64,000 nucleotides of DNA from Vulcanimicrobiota bacterium (GTDB taxonomy: Bacteria > Vulcanimicrobiota > Vulcanimicrobiia > Vulcanimicrobiales > Vulcanimicrobiaceae), in the NCBI GenBank assembly GCA_963820825.1, contig CAWGBN010000002.1, forward strand, positions 128,001 through 192,000, written 5' to 3'. Position numbers and translations under genes: made by a program. Each line of letters starts with the position of its first letter. The stretch's first letter is position 1. The notes under the pieces are model-generated. The model ran no database searches. It was not told the DNA's origin and saw nothing but the letters and a program-made list of their open reading frames with translations. Positions 30,658 through 40,244 of the stretch are shown piece by piece.

Positions 30658-30712
30658 CGTATCGTCCTCCGGCGATACGATTTCGCAGCGGAGCGCGCCG
30701 GCCTTGCCTTCC

Positions 30713-31648
30713 CTACAGGTGCGCGCGGTCGTGGGGCGCGTCGAGGTCCATGATCGGCCCGATCGGTACGATTCGCGTGGGATTGATGTCGTCGTGCGTC
30801 ACGTAATAATGGCGTTTGATCTGATCGAAATCGACGGTTTCGGCGATGCCGTCGATCTGATAGAGATCGCGCAGATAGCCGTAGAGATTCGGATAATCGA
30901 CGATGCGATGAAGGTTGCACTTGAAGTGCCCGTAGTAGACGGGATCGAAGCGCACGAGCGTCACGAAGAATCGCCAGTCGGTTTCGAGCGGTTGCGCGCC
31001 TAAGAGGTAGCGCCGGTATGCAAGGCGCTCCTCCATCGCGTCGACGGCGGTAAAGACGCCGAAGGCGGCCTTTTCGTAGGCCGCTTGCGAGGTGGCGAAG
31101 CCGGCCTTGTAGACGCCGTTGTTGAACGTTGCGTAGAGAAAATCGTTGAGCTCGTCGATTTCGGGACGCAGGTCGCGTGGATAGAGATCGAGCTCCGGAT
31201 TGCCGGCGACCGCGTCGAACTCGGTCTCGAACATGCGCATGATGTCGTCGTCGGAGTTGCTGACGATGCGCCGCCGCTCTTTGTCCCAGAGGATCGGCAC
31301 GGTGATGCGGCCGCGGTAGCCGGGATCGCTGGCGAAATACCCCTCGCTCAAAAAGGCCCAACCGTTGAGCGGATCGGGTTCATTCGGCGTAAAATGCCAT
31401 CCACGCTCGTCGCGAATCGGATCGACGACCGTCATACCGACGGCCGCTTCCAAGCCTTTGAGCTTGCGCACGATTACGGTGCGCGACGCCCACGGACAGG
31501 CCAGCGAAACGTAGAGATGGTACCGCCCCGCGACGGCCGGATACTCCGAGCTGCCGTCGGCCCGAACCCAATCGCGAAACGCGTCCTCCTGGCGCTCGAA
31601 GCTGCCGTCGGTCGTCTGTTCTTCGGGGAACTGCGCTTTGATTGTCAT
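30713..31648 (-). CDS. Glutathionyl-hydroquinone reductase (YqjG/GST omega-like)
   Basis: RYHLYVSLACPWA, TVPILWD, NNGVYKAGFA, RFDPVY, HFKCN; start reset to ATG 31648. Confidence 0.92.
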   Translation of the reverse strand: MTIKAQFPEEQTTDGSFERQEDAFRDWVRADGSSEYPAVAGRYHLYVSLACPWASRTVIVRKLKGLEAAVGMTVVDPIRDERGWHFTPNEPDPLNGWAFLSEGYFASDPGYRGRITVPILWDKERRRIVSNSDDDIMRMFETEFDAVAGNPELDLYPRDLRPEIDELNDFLYATFNNGVYKAGFATSQAAYEKAAFGVFTAVDAMEERLAYRRYLLGAQPLETDWRFFVTLVRFDPVYYGHFKCNLHRIVDYPNLYGYLRDLYQIDGIAETVDFDQIKRHYYVTHDDINPTRIVPIGPIMDLDAPHDRAHL

Positions 31649-31673
31649 GAACGAGTCGTACCCGCTATTGCGG

Positions 31674-32561
31674 CTATTGCGGCGTTTTGAGATAGGTGAG
31701 GCCGGCGCGCTCGAGGATCGCCCGCCCATCGCCGCCGAGGATAAACTCCGCGAAGGCTTTGGCCGCGTCGGGGTGCGGAGCGTTCTTCATCGTCGCTAGA
31801 CTGTAAGTGATGCGATCGGTCAGCGCGGCCGCGCCGGGGAGCGGGATGAAACGATAACCGCGCGCGATCGCTTCGGTTCGATAGAAGAAACCGACGTCGG
31901 CCTGACCGGTATCGATTCGCGCTAAGAGATCTTGTTCGGGAAAGATCTGTGCCGGATTTTCGTCGTCGCCAAGGAGCTTTTGCTCGCCGGCCGTTCCAAG
32001 CCAGAGCCTCACTCCCGCAAGCGTATACTCACCCTTTGGATCGAGTTTTGGATCGGTCCGGCCGATCTTGATGCCGGGCGTTTCCAGCGCGCTTTCAAGC
32101 GAGGTCTTCCCCGCGGCAACGCCGTCGAAGAGTTGCGCGTAGCGAGAGCTTGGCGACCACGAGATGCCCAAGCTCGTTCCGGCAAAGGTCACCGATGAGG
32201 CGACGCGATCGCCGAGCTGCGCGATCAGCTTCGGATTGACGCTGATGAAGACGTCGGGCGAACGGACGCCCGCAATGATGAGGTTCGCCAGCTCTTTGCT
32301 GCCGCCGGGCTCCCCCTGGAAGTCGATTCCACGCTCGCGCAACGCCGTTTTGATCGGACCCTCCATCGGGGTAACGAGCGATCCGGCGTAGAGCACGCTT
32401 ACCGTTTGGAGCGCGCCTCGCGCTGCGGACGTGCCGAGCACGGCGGAGAGCGTTACTCCGGCGGCGACGGCTGAAAGTCGAGCGAAGCCGAGTTGATGCA
32501 GTAGCGTGTCCCTCGCGGTCCGGGACCGTCTTCGAAGACGTGGCCAAGGTGTGAATCGCAT
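31674..32561 (-). CDS. Molybdate/tungstate-type extracellular solute-binding protein
   Basis: [30 protein letters not shown]. True start uncertain; the ORF overlaps msrB. Confidence 0.75.
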   Translation of the reverse strand: MRFTPWPRLRRRSRTARDTLLHQLGFARLSAVAAGVTLSAVLGTSAARGALQTVSVLYAGSLVTPMEGPIKTALRERGIDFQGEPGGSKELANLIIAGVRSPDVFISVNPKLIAQLGDRVASSVTFAGTSLGISWSPSSRYAQLFDGVAAGKTSLESALETPGIKIGRTDPKLDPKGEYTLAGVRLWLGTAGEQKLLGDDENPAQIFPEQDLLARIDTGQADVGFFYRTEAIARGYRFIPLPGAAALTDRITYSLATMKNAPHPDAAKAFAEFILGGDGRAILERAGLTYLKTPQ

Positions 32562-32872
32562 CGCTTGCAGCGCACTTCAACGCGGTGCATGCCGTGGCTG
32601 TAATCGTCGAGAAGCCGGACGTTCTCCTGTTCCTCGGGATGGGTGAAGCTCGGCCAGCCGCAGTGCGATTCGAACTTCGAACCGGCGGTAAAGAGCGGCT
32701 GACCGCAGGCACCGCAGAGGTACGTGCCGTCGTCGTTGACCTGCAAGAGCGAGCCGGAGAAGGGCGCTTCCGTTCCGGCCTCGCGCAGAACGTTATAGCG
32801 TTGCGGACCGAGGATTGCTTTCCACTCCTCCTCGCTCTTTTGGACTTCGGGGGCTGCGTCGTGCTTCATCAT
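32453..32872 (-). CDS. msrB: Peptide-methionine (R)-S-oxide reductase
   Basis: [30 protein letters not shown]. Confidence 0.96.
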   Translation of the reverse strand: MMKHDAAPEVQKSEEEWKAILGPQRYNVLREAGTEAPFSGSLLQVNDDGTYLCGACGQPLFTAGSKFESHCGWPSFTHPEEQENVRLLDDYSHGMHRVEVRCKRCDSHLGHVFEDGPGPRGTRYCINSASLDFQPSPPE

Positions 32873-32933
32873 TCCTCCTCACCGTGCATAACGAGCGAAG
32901 GCACCAAAGCGATGCGGGGAACAATAGAGCCCT

Positions 32934-33122
32934 ATGAAGCTGTTCCTCGAGATTCTGCTCTCAATCGTCCTGCACCCGATCGCAATGATCCTCATGTGGA
33001 TCAATCTCTTGGCGCGCGGCGACCTCACGACGTTTCAAAAAGTCGTGTGGTTCGTGGTGAGTATCATTTGGGGGCTCGGACCGATTCTCTACCTCTTGGT
33101 AGCAGAAGGCTCGCTGTGGTAA
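32934..33122 (+). CDS. Small two-TM membrane protein (PLDc N-terminal-like)
   Basis: 62 aa; two hydrophobic helices; KVVW...GLGPILY pattern. Confidence 0.65.
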   Translation: MKLFLEILLSIVLHPIAMILMWINLLARGDLTTFQKVVWFVVSIIWGLGPILYLLVAEGSLW

Positions 33123-33150
33123 GCGAGCCTTCCGACTTTTTGCCGACGGG

Positions 33151-34065
33151 CTAACGCCGCGGAGGACGTCCGCCCCCGCCGCTGACCGGGGCGTGTGCGC
33201 CGCCCGATACCGGGGCGCGCATTCCGCCGGAGACCGGGGCGCGCATTCCGCCGGAGACCGGGGCGCGCATGTTTCCGCCTCCAGGCGGGGCGTTGATCCG
33301 TCCGCCGCGCCAGCCGGGCGGCGGCGGCCGGTATCCGCCGCGATACCCGCCGTAGTATCCCGGGTAGCCGCCGTAGTAGCCGGGGTAACCCCAATAACCG
33401 GGATATCCCCAGTAGCCGGGCCATCCCCAACCCCAGCCCCAGCCCCAGTTGATGCCGAGGCTCAGCCCGTACGGATAGCCGTAACCGCCGTATCCGCCGT
33501 AGCCATAACCGCCGTATCCGCCGTAGCCATAACCGCTGTCGGGATAGTAGCCGCCGCCATAGCCGCCGCCGTAATCGTAGGCCGGGTTACCGTTCGACCC
33601 ATAGTACGGCGAATAGGGCGAGTAAGCTACGTCGACGCGGTTTGCTTGAAACGTCGGGCCGTCGGGGTTGCCGTAGATCGTAACCCGCATCCCTTCGAGC
33701 AGTTTGATGCCCGTCGGGTTGATGACCGTCCCTTGATGCAGCGTGATGTGGTCGGTGTAGCCTTTGTCGTCGTGCATGTAGACGATCCACTGGCCGTCAA
33801 ACCCGCTGACCGTGCCTTTGATCGCATTCTGCCGCCCGTACGCGGGCGCCGGCGGCGGCTGCGCGTAGGTCGGCGTCTGCTGCGGGTAATTCTGCTGCGG
33901 CTCTTGCGGCTGCTGCTGCGGATAGGGCTGCTGCTGCTGCGGATAGGGCTGCTGCTGCGGGTATGGCGCCTGTTGTGCCGAGGCCACCATTGGCCACGTA
34001 AGGCAGGCCGCTGCGCCGAGCGCGGCAACGATTTTCGAGGCGGTCTCGAAGCTTCGCAAACGCAT
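33151..34065 (-). CDS. Secreted low-complexity protein (Q/P-rich, small beta domain, G/Y/W-rich and APVSGG repeats)
   Basis: Signal peptide ending ASA; QQQPYP repeats; GYGGY and GYPGY repeats; APVSGG x4. Confidence 0.75.
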   Translation of the reverse strand: MRLRSFETASKIVAALGAAACLTWPMVASAQQAPYPQQQPYPQQQQPYPQQQPQEPQQNYPQQTPTYAQPPPAPAYGRQNAIKGTVSGFDGQWIVYMHDDKGYTDHITLHQGTVINPTGIKLLEGMRVTIYGNPDGPTFQANRVDVAYSPYSPYYGSNGNPAYDYGGGYGGGYYPDSGYGYGGYGGYGYGGYGGYGYPYGLSLGINWGWGWGWGWPGYWGYPGYWGYPGYYGGYPGYYGGYRGGYRPPPPGWRGGRINAPPGGGNMRAPVSGGMRAPVSGGMRAPVSGGAHAPVSGGGGRPPRR

Positions 34066-34171
34066 ATGATCCTATTATAGCGCCACGCTCGCTTCAGCGT
34101 GGTTAGAATCCGTGCAAAAAGATGCTCTCCCGCTCTACCGGCCAAGCAAACGTGAAGATCCTCGAGAATAC

Positions 34172-34202
34172 TTGACTCCGACGTTACGTCAGGGGCTAGG
34201 CT
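34172..34202 (+). promoter_or_regulatory. MerR-type promoter with 19-bp spacer and dyad
   Basis: TTGACT (34172-77), 19 bp containing GACGT-T-ACGTC, TAGGCT (34197-202); directly upstream of the MerR gene. Confidence 0.8.
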
Positions 34203-34220
34203 TGCCGTTGGAGAGGAGCG

Positions 34221-34985
34221 ATGAAGACCGCCATTGCCAATCTACGCCGCGTCAAGGAGTTCGCAAGCGAAGCGGGCGTTACCGTTCGTACGCTGCACCT
34301 CTACGATCGGCTTGGTTTGCTCAAACCCGCGGCCCTGAGCGAATCGGGCTACCGGATGTACGGAGAGGCCGAGCTCGAGCGCCTCGAGCATATTTTGGCG
34401 CTGCGTTTCGTCGGATTCAACCTCGACCAAATCAAGGAGCTGCTCGGAGGATCGCACCGGCCGCTGCTCGTCGCCCTGCGCATGCAGCGAGCGGTCGTCG
34501 CCCGGCAGAAGCGCCGGCTCGAGTCGGCTTTGGCTGCAATCGATGAGGCCGAGCGCGCCCTGTCGCGCGAAGAGCCGGTCGATCTTTGGACGACGCTCCG
34601 TTTCGTGATGGAGTCTTTCAAAATGCAAAACGATTGGGAGTGGACGCAGAAGTATTACTCGAAGGAGGCGCTGCAGCAACTCGAAGAGGTCCGCCAACAG
34701 GTCTCGCCCGATGCAATTGCGCAAGCGCAGCGCGATTGGAGCGTTCTGCTCGCCGAGGTCGAGGAGGCCGTGGCACGCGGCATCGCTCCATCGAGCGACG
34801 AGGCGCAAGCTCTGGCAACGCGATGGCGCGCGCTGCTGCGCCAGTTCACGCAAAGCAACGCCGAAATTCAGAACGGCCTGAATCGCCTTTGGTCGGATCC
34901 CTCCAACTGGCCGGCCGATTTCAAAAGGCCTTGGAGCGACGCCGCCGATGCATTTATCAAAGCAACAATGAGCTGCGCGTCGTAA
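34221..34985 (+). CDS. MerR-family regulator with TipAS-like ligand domain
   Basis: GVTVRTLHLYDRLGLL..SGYRMY HTH; C-terminal PSSDEAQALATRW. Confidence 0.9.
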   Translation: MKTAIANLRRVKEFASEAGVTVRTLHLYDRLGLLKPAALSESGYRMYGEAELERLEHILALRFVGFNLDQIKELLGGSHRPLLVALRMQRAVVARQKRRLESALAAIDEAERALSREEPVDLWTTLRFVMESFKMQNDWEWTQKYYSKEALQQLEEVRQQVSPDAIAQAQRDWSVLLAEVEEAVARGIAPSSDEAQALATRWRALLRQFTQSNAEIQNGLNRLWSDPSNWPADFKRPWSDAADAFIKATMSCAS

Positions 34986-35009
34986 CGCAGCGAATATGTG
35001 AAAAGGGAG

Positions 35010-35084
35010 TGGAGCCGTCGATGGGGATTGAACCCATGGCCTCGTCCTTACCAAGGACGTGCTCTACCACTGAGCTACGACGGC
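35010..35084 (-). tRNA. tRNA-Thr(GGU)
   Basis: GCCGTCG acceptor stem, anticodon arm CGTCC-TTGGTAA-GGACG, GTTCAAT T-loop, encoded CCA. Confidence 0.96.
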
Positions 35085-35190
35085 GCTTTTGGTCCGAGAG
35101 CGTTACTCCGCCGGCGGCTTCGGTCCCTACTGCAAGCTAGGGTGCCCCGGCTTACGGGGCGAAAACGCTTGCGATAGGAGGTTTTCTTTA

Positions 35191-35535
35191 ATGCTTCTTT
35201 CTTCCACGATGTTACGCCGGATGGGGATCGCCGTTGCCGCATTCGCGGTACTCGGCGCGACCGCGCTTCCGGGAGCGGCGCAGATGCGTCAGCAAATGGC
35301 CGACAAAGTCGCGACTCAGGCTGCCAACTCGTTCGTGAGCAAGATTAACGGCGAAAGCTGTTCCGATTTTGCAAATACGATGGCGCAGATGAAGCATAAG
35401 TCGGGCGCGACGCCGAGCCCGATGTCCGCGAAACTCAAGGGCAACTCGCAGGCGCGGACGGACTTCGTCAATATCGTCGCCGGGCCGTTGCTCAACAAGA
35501 TGATCGACTGCAACATGATGCCGGGAGGAATGTAG
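35191..35535 (+). CDS. Small secreted helical protein with 2 Cys
   Basis: AGGAGG RBS before ATG 35191; signal peptide; Cys pair. Confidence 0.65.
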   Translation: MLLSSTMLRRMGIAVAAFAVLGATALPGAAQMRQQMADKVATQAANSFVSKINGESCSDFANTMAQMKHKSGATPSPMSAKLKGNSQARTDFVNIVAGPLLNKMIDCNMMPGGM

Positions 35536-35868
35536 ATGCGACGCGTTCTTCTCGCCGCGTTGCTTGCGTGCGTTCCGGCGATCGCCGTCGCGGCGGCGCT
35601 CGCGCCTTCGACGATTCTCGCGAATCCGTCGAGCTACGATGGAAAGAGCGTCACCGTCACCGGTAAGGTCGCGCACTTCCAATCCTCGAGCACGCCGATG
35701 GGTCCGGTTGCCGGATTTCAGCTCTGCGATTCCAAGTGCGTCGTGGTGATCGACAAAACGAATCAGTCGCGCAGCGACGGCGCGACCGCAACGGTCAGCG
35801 GCACCTTCCACGTCAGCTTCAAGGGTCCGCGAAAGACCTTCAGCAACGCCATCGTCGTCGGGCGATAG
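35536..35868 (+). CDS. Small secreted OB-fold-like protein
   Basis: Signal peptide; ILANPSSYDGKSVTVTGKV...ATVSGTF pattern; abuts the upstream gene. Confidence 0.7.
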   Translation: MRRVLLAALLACVPAIAVAAALAPSTILANPSSYDGKSVTVTGKVAHFQSSSTPMGPVAGFQLCDSKCVVVIDKTNQSRSDGATATVSGTFHVSFKGPRKTFSNAIVVGR

Positions 35869-35871
35869 CGC

Positions 35872-36828
35872 TTAGCGGCTGGGGAGCGCGCTCACGGTAA
35901 CCCCGTAGAGCTCCTCCCCGTCGAAACGCGAGAGCTGGCCGACGGGATAGCCGCCGGATGGATAGTTCCAGAACCCGATCTTGTTAACGTTCTTCCCGGT
36001 GCCGAACGGCATGATCAGCCTCCCGCCGTTGAGCCAAAACTCGGCGCCCTCAGGCGGCTGCCGGACCGGGCCTTCGAGCGTCACGGTCTCCGCCAGCGTC
36101 GCAATCCTCTTCCGCGGCTCGATCTTGAGCCGATAGACGACGCCCGGAGAGGTGTAGTCGCCCACGGCGAGATCGGTGCCGTCCCATTGTATGTTTCCGG
36201 GCAACCCGATTGCCGCTTTGACGGCGAGCCGCACAAAGTGAACGCCGGCGTAGATGAGCTCGGAGAGCCGGAAGTGATCGCCGTCGTGCAGATGATAACC
36301 GTCGACGAAGAGATCGCCCTTCGCATCGTAGGCACATGCGAACGGATAGTCAACCGCAGCGGCATAGGTCTGCGGTTCGCCGCCGGCGGCCGGATAGATC
36401 ACCACCGTGGGCGGCTCGGTATTCACGACGGCAAGACTTCCGGTTAGAGGATCGACCGAACAGCCGCGCGGCTCGGCGTTGGGATCGTCGAGCACGTCGA
36501 TCGGCGTCGTACCACCGTGCGCGTACTCGACCACCTGATCGTGCCCGGCATTGAAGTTCATCACCCAGACGTTCCCGCTCGCGTCGCTGCAGAGCCCGAG
36601 CGGATATTTATCGTCGGCGAGCGTCTGAACGAGATCGCCCGCGGGATAGGTGAAGACGAAGATCTTGCCGGCCTTCCAATCGCTGGCGTAGAGCAGATCG
36701 CTGCTCGAGCTCGTTGCGGGAGCGGAGCGGCTCTGACTCGCTGCGATCTGCACCTGCGCTCCGGCGCATCCCGCGAGCACGAATGCGGCAGTGCTGACGT
36801 AGAGCGCATATCGCCTCACGCTGCGCAT
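35872..36828 (-). CDS. Secreted lipoprotein, beta-propeller-like (paralog of 5571..6542)
   Basis: LAGC lipobox; LLYASD, EYAHGGTTPI, GCSVDPLTGSLAV, CAYDAKGDLFV, GVTVS; start reset to ATG 36828. Confidence 0.75.
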   Translation of the reverse strand: MRSVRRYALYVSTAAFVLAGCAGAQVQIAASQSRSAPATSSSSDLLYASDWKAGKIFVFTYPAGDLVQTLADDKYPLGLCSDASGNVWVMNFNAGHDQVVEYAHGGTTPIDVLDDPNAEPRGCSVDPLTGSLAVVNTEPPTVVIYPAAGGEPQTYAAAVDYPFACAYDAKGDLFVDGYHLHDGDHFRLSELIYAGVHFVRLAVKAAIGLPGNIQWDGTDLAVGDYTSPGVVYRLKIEPRKRIATLAETVTLEGPVRQPPEGAEFWLNGGRLIMPFGTGKNVNKIGFWNYPSGGYPVGQLSRFDGEELYGVTVSALPSR

Positions 36829-36858
36829 TTCGACACGGCTTACGGGTTTAACTAGCGA

Positions 36859-36932
36859 TGGAGCGGGCGGCGGGAATCGAACCCGCGACTCTTGCTTGGA
36901 AGGCAAGGGCATTACCACTATGCAACGCCCGC
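36859..36932 (-). tRNA. tRNA-Gly(UCC)
   Basis: GCGGGCG acceptor, CTTGC-CTTCCAA-GCAAG anticodon arm, encoded CCA. Confidence 0.96.
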
Positions 36933-37007
36933 AACGCTCGGCGACCTCTTTACCGCAGCCGGTCGCGCAACACCTACGGCGCGGGGTAAAGCCGACGCGG
37001 GAATGTC

Positions 37008-38027
37008 CTAGGGGACGTAGTTGTTCGTGTCTACGGCACTGGACGGCAGCGTCAGGCCGTTGGCGGCGCCGAGCGTCGCGATGAGCGTGCCGCTCGGATA
37101 CTCGAGCACTTGGACGTCGCCGGCGCCGAGATCGGTCACGTAGGCTCGATTATTTCTCCGGTTGATCGTCACGTGGAAGGGATCGTAATAGCCCGACCCC
37201 AGCGTGTGCGTAATCGTCTGATAGGGCGGCGCAATGACGTCTACGGTCGCCGAGAGCTGATCGCAGACGATGAGATCCTTCTGCTTATCGAGCGCCATCC
37301 CGCCGATGAACCCGAGCGGCAGCGGAAGTAAGATTCCGTTGCAGCCCCTCAAACCGTGCTGATACTCGGTAATGTATCCAAGCGAACCGGAGTTATAGCC
37401 GAGGAAGACGTCGCCGCGCTGATCGACGGCAACGCCCTCGGCCGCACCGCCCGGCGAGCAGTGTGCGATCACCGTGTTACTCTTTTGCGCGTACTCGTTG
37501 ACGAAACCGTGACCGTGCGGATAGGCATAGTCGGCTTCATAGACGTTGCCGTTGAAATCGGTCGTCACAGCGACCGGATCCATCATGCGAGCGTTATACG
37601 TAAAGGTCAGCTGCGAGGGCGGTTGGTACTGCGTGATGTCGTTACTCGCGTAGTTTGCCACGTACAGGCCGAAGGTGTCGAGCCAATTGCCGTCGGGAGC
37701 ACTGATCCCGTCGGTGATCTCTCCCTTGTTCGCCCAGGAGTTATTCTTGAGGATCTCAACGGCGTTGCTGGTAAAATCGTCGACGAAGAGCGACGCGCCG
37801 GCGTTCGGCATCACACCGGCTCGCGAAGCCGTTCCCAGCCGTACGAGCGCGAGAAACTTCGGAGCGACGCCGGAACGAGCGGCATCGGCGAGCGCACCCG
37901 GCGCACCAACACGCGCACTCTGCGCCGCGGAGCCGGTCCATTGCGTAGCGGCGCCCGAGCAGCCCGCAAGGACGGCGAAGGCGGTTATTGAAGCCGCGGC
38001 TACGACGGAAAATGAATACTTCTGCAC
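37008..38027 (-). CDS. Secreted lipoprotein with NHL/propeller-like repeats
   Basis: AGGAG RBS before GTG 38027; LAGC lipobox; repeats PVAVTTDFNGNVYEAD, AEGVAVDQRGDVF, GGMALDKQKDLIVCD. Confidence 0.72.
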   Translation of the reverse strand: MQKYSFSVVAAASITAFAVLAGCSGAATQWTGSAAQSARVGAPGALADAARSGVAPKFLALVRLGTASRAGVMPNAGASLFVDDFTSNAVEILKNNSWANKGEITDGISAPDGNWLDTFGLYVANYASNDITQYQPPSQLTFTYNARMMDPVAVTTDFNGNVYEADYAYPHGHGFVNEYAQKSNTVIAHCSPGGAAEGVAVDQRGDVFLGYNSGSLGYITEYQHGLRGCNGILLPLPLGFIGGMALDKQKDLIVCDQLSATVDVIAPPYQTITHTLGSGYYDPFHVTINRRNNRAYVTDLGAGDVQVLEYPSGTLIATLGAANGLTLPSSAVDTNNYVP

Positions 38028-38114
38028 GAGATAACTCCTGCAAGCTTCAGACCGCCCGGAAACTACCCGGCGGGCTGCGATGCGTTCGTCTTTGCGCGAA
38101 GAGCTCCTCGGTCG

Positions 38115-38660
38115 ATGCCCGCGTTTGAGGTGCGCCCCGCGTCGCGCGACGACGTGGAGACCATCCGCCAAATCTATAACGAAGGCGTCGAGGATCGCGT
38201 CGCGACGCTCGATCGCGAGCCGAAATCGCCCGATGAGATGGCGCAATGGTGGGCGGATCATGACGAGCGCCATGCGGTGCTCGTTGCGCTCGATGCAGGC
38301 GAGGTCGTCGGTTGGGCCTCGCTCAATCGGTTCTCTGCGCGCTGCGCGCACGCGAACATTGCCGACCTCTCCGTCTACGTCAAGCGCAGCGAACGCGGCC
38401 GGGGCGTCGGTCGCGAGTTGCTGAAGCGGCTCGTGGAACGCGCGACGCGCGAGGGTTTTCATAAAATCGTTCTTCACGCATTGGACTGCAACGAATCCGG
38501 AAAGCGGCTCTACCGCGGCAGCGGATTCATCGAGGTCGGCGTCTTCAGAGAACATGGGATGATCGACGGAGCATACGTGGACGTCGTCGCGATGGAGCGG
38601 CTCCTGCGATCGTCTTCGCCGGAGGCGGATCTGGGCAGGGCTGGATTCGAACCAGCGTAG
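38115..38660 (+). CDS. GNAT acetyltransferase, phosphinothricin/arsinothricin (Pat/ArsN1-like) type
   Basis: IYNEGVEDRVAT, VVGWASL, DLSVYV..RGRGVG, GFIEVGVFREHG, DVVAMERLL. Confidence 0.85.
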   Translation: MPAFEVRPASRDDVETIRQIYNEGVEDRVATLDREPKSPDEMAQWWADHDERHAVLVALDAGEVVGWASLNRFSARCAHANIADLSVYVKRSERGRGVGRELLKRLVERATREGFHKIVLHALDCNESGKRLYRGSGFIEVGVFREHGMIDGAYVDVVAMERLLRSSSPEADLGRAGFEPA

Positions 38661-38716
38661 CGCCTTCGCGCGCCAGATTTACAGTCTGGTGCCATTAACC
38701 ACTCGGCCACCTACCC
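38632..38716 (-). tRNA. tRNA-Tyr(GUA)
   Basis: GGGTAGG acceptor, CCAGA-CTGTAAA-TCTGG anticodon arm, long V-arm; CCA not encoded. Confidence 0.95.
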
Positions 38717-38909
38717 ATAGGCCTTTCGCCTTTTCCCGTTGTTCTTGGGGGCTCAGCAGGGTACGATAGGGAGGCTACGGGCTCCTCGGGTTGGTGATGA
38801 CGGTCACCCGCAAAACCTCTCCTCATCGACTTCTCATGTGACCCGCCGTTCGAGTAGCCTACCATGGGAACTGTAGCAAACTCGTCTACGACCCTCGGGA
38901 GTACCTAGG

Positions 38910-39812
38910 ATGGCTCGCTTAGCAGCCCTTGCGGTTGCCGCCCTGACCGGTCTCCTCCTCGCCGGATGCAGCGGGGGTAGTTTTGCTCAGGCCGGGCTCT
39001 CACTGCCCGCCGCCTCAGGCGATGGACTTCAGACCGTGAGCGACGCAGCCGATGCCCTCGACGGGCACCGCAGCTCCGCGACGGCCGACGCCAAGGCCGC
39101 GATCGCCGTGACCGATGCGCTCGGCTCGTTCGTCCGCGACATTGCTGCGGCCCAGCGTTCGTTCGGCCAGGCGGGCACGCAACAGGCGAGGCTTCGCTCG
39201 AATCTCCACTCGATTCGGCAGTACACCGTCGAGGTCAACGGCCGGCGGATCGCCGCCGGATCGGAGCTCATCATGCGGTCGGGGTTGGGCGAGTACTGCC
39301 AGAACTCCGCGGGCTACAGCGTCAGCGGCATTCCTTCGCTCGACGCGACCTTCGGGTGGCAGAGCGGCGCGCTGATCGGCGGCTCCCGGAAGACCGATTC
39401 GCGCGGGGGATCGACCTGGTCGGCAAATGCCAGCGGCGCCGTGGTCCAGGGTGCGATCGGTACCCTATCGATCGCTCGCGGGGGCGCGAGCGCGTCGTGC
39501 CCGATGAGCGCACCGGCCTTCGTTCTGAAGGGCGGGACGGCAGAGAACGCATTTTCCCTTCCGCTCTCGATGGCATTCCGTCGCGGCGACCTGAGCAATC
39601 TCAGCGTCGTCAACGGCCGTTTCGCAAACGGCGAGAACCTCGAGGTCACGACGCGGCCGAACCATCAGCCAGCCGAGGTCGACGGCGTCGTCGCGAAGGG
39701 GCGCACGCAAGTTGCGACCTTCCGCGCCAACGCGTCGGGTTACGGAACGCTGACGATCACCAGTACCGGCGCGCAATACGTCATCGCCGACTGGATCGTC
39801 GTCGGAACTTAA
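38910..39812 (+). CDS. Hypothetical lipoprotein
   Basis: LAGC lipobox; beta-rich body; no recognisable catalytic motif. Confidence 0.72.
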   Translation: MARLAALAVAALTGLLLAGCSGGSFAQAGLSLPAASGDGLQTVSDAADALDGHRSSATADAKAAIAVTDALGSFVRDIAAAQRSFGQAGTQQARLRSNLHSIRQYTVEVNGRRIAAGSELIMRSGLGEYCQNSAGYSVSGIPSLDATFGWQSGALIGGSRKTDSRGGSTWSANASGAVVQGAIGTLSIARGGASASCPMSAPAFVLKGGTAENAFSLPLSMAFRRGDLSNLSVVNGRFANGENLEVTTRPNHQPAEVDGVVAKGRTQVATFRANASGYGTLTITSTGAQYVIADWIVVGT

Positions 39813-39830
39813 ACTCCTAACGGCACCGCC

Positions 39831-40187
39831 TTAGTCAGGCGCGACGCACGCGACGCGCTTGCCGGAGGCAAGCGTTACGTGTTTGGCCATGACGGTACTC
39901 TTCGAGGCGTTTACCGTCACGCTCGCACTCTTGCTGCCGCTGGCAAGCATAATCGTTTGGGCGTTGGGGTTTGCATCGTCGATGTCGGAATCGACGCCCG
40001 GGCCCTCGGCCACGCGCAGGTGTCCCAGCGTCAGTGAGATCGCCGCGAGCGTCCCGGCCGGACACGACGAAAGCGCCTGCTTAAAGCCGATGCTCGACGG
40101 CTGCACCGTCACGCTCGACGAGGCGGCGGTGGCACCCAGCCCGACGACGAGCGATAGAACGGCAAACGGTCTTATATCCATCTTCAT
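39831..40187 (-). CDS. Small secreted hypothetical protein with 2 Cys
   Basis: MKMDIRPFAVLSLVVGLGATAA signal peptide; the upstream part of the track ORF overlaps the opposite-strand gene. Confidence 0.6.
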   Translation of the reverse strand: MKMDIRPFAVLSLVVGLGATAASSSVTVQPSSIGFKQALSSCPAGTLAAISLTLGHLRVAEGPGVDSDIDDANPNAQTIMLASGSKSASVTVNASKSTVMAKHVTLASGKRVACVAPD

Positions 40188-40244
40188 AACGATGCAGTGC
40201 TTTTGCGCGTCACTCCGAGGGCCCTCTCGCCGGGCTTCGAAGTC

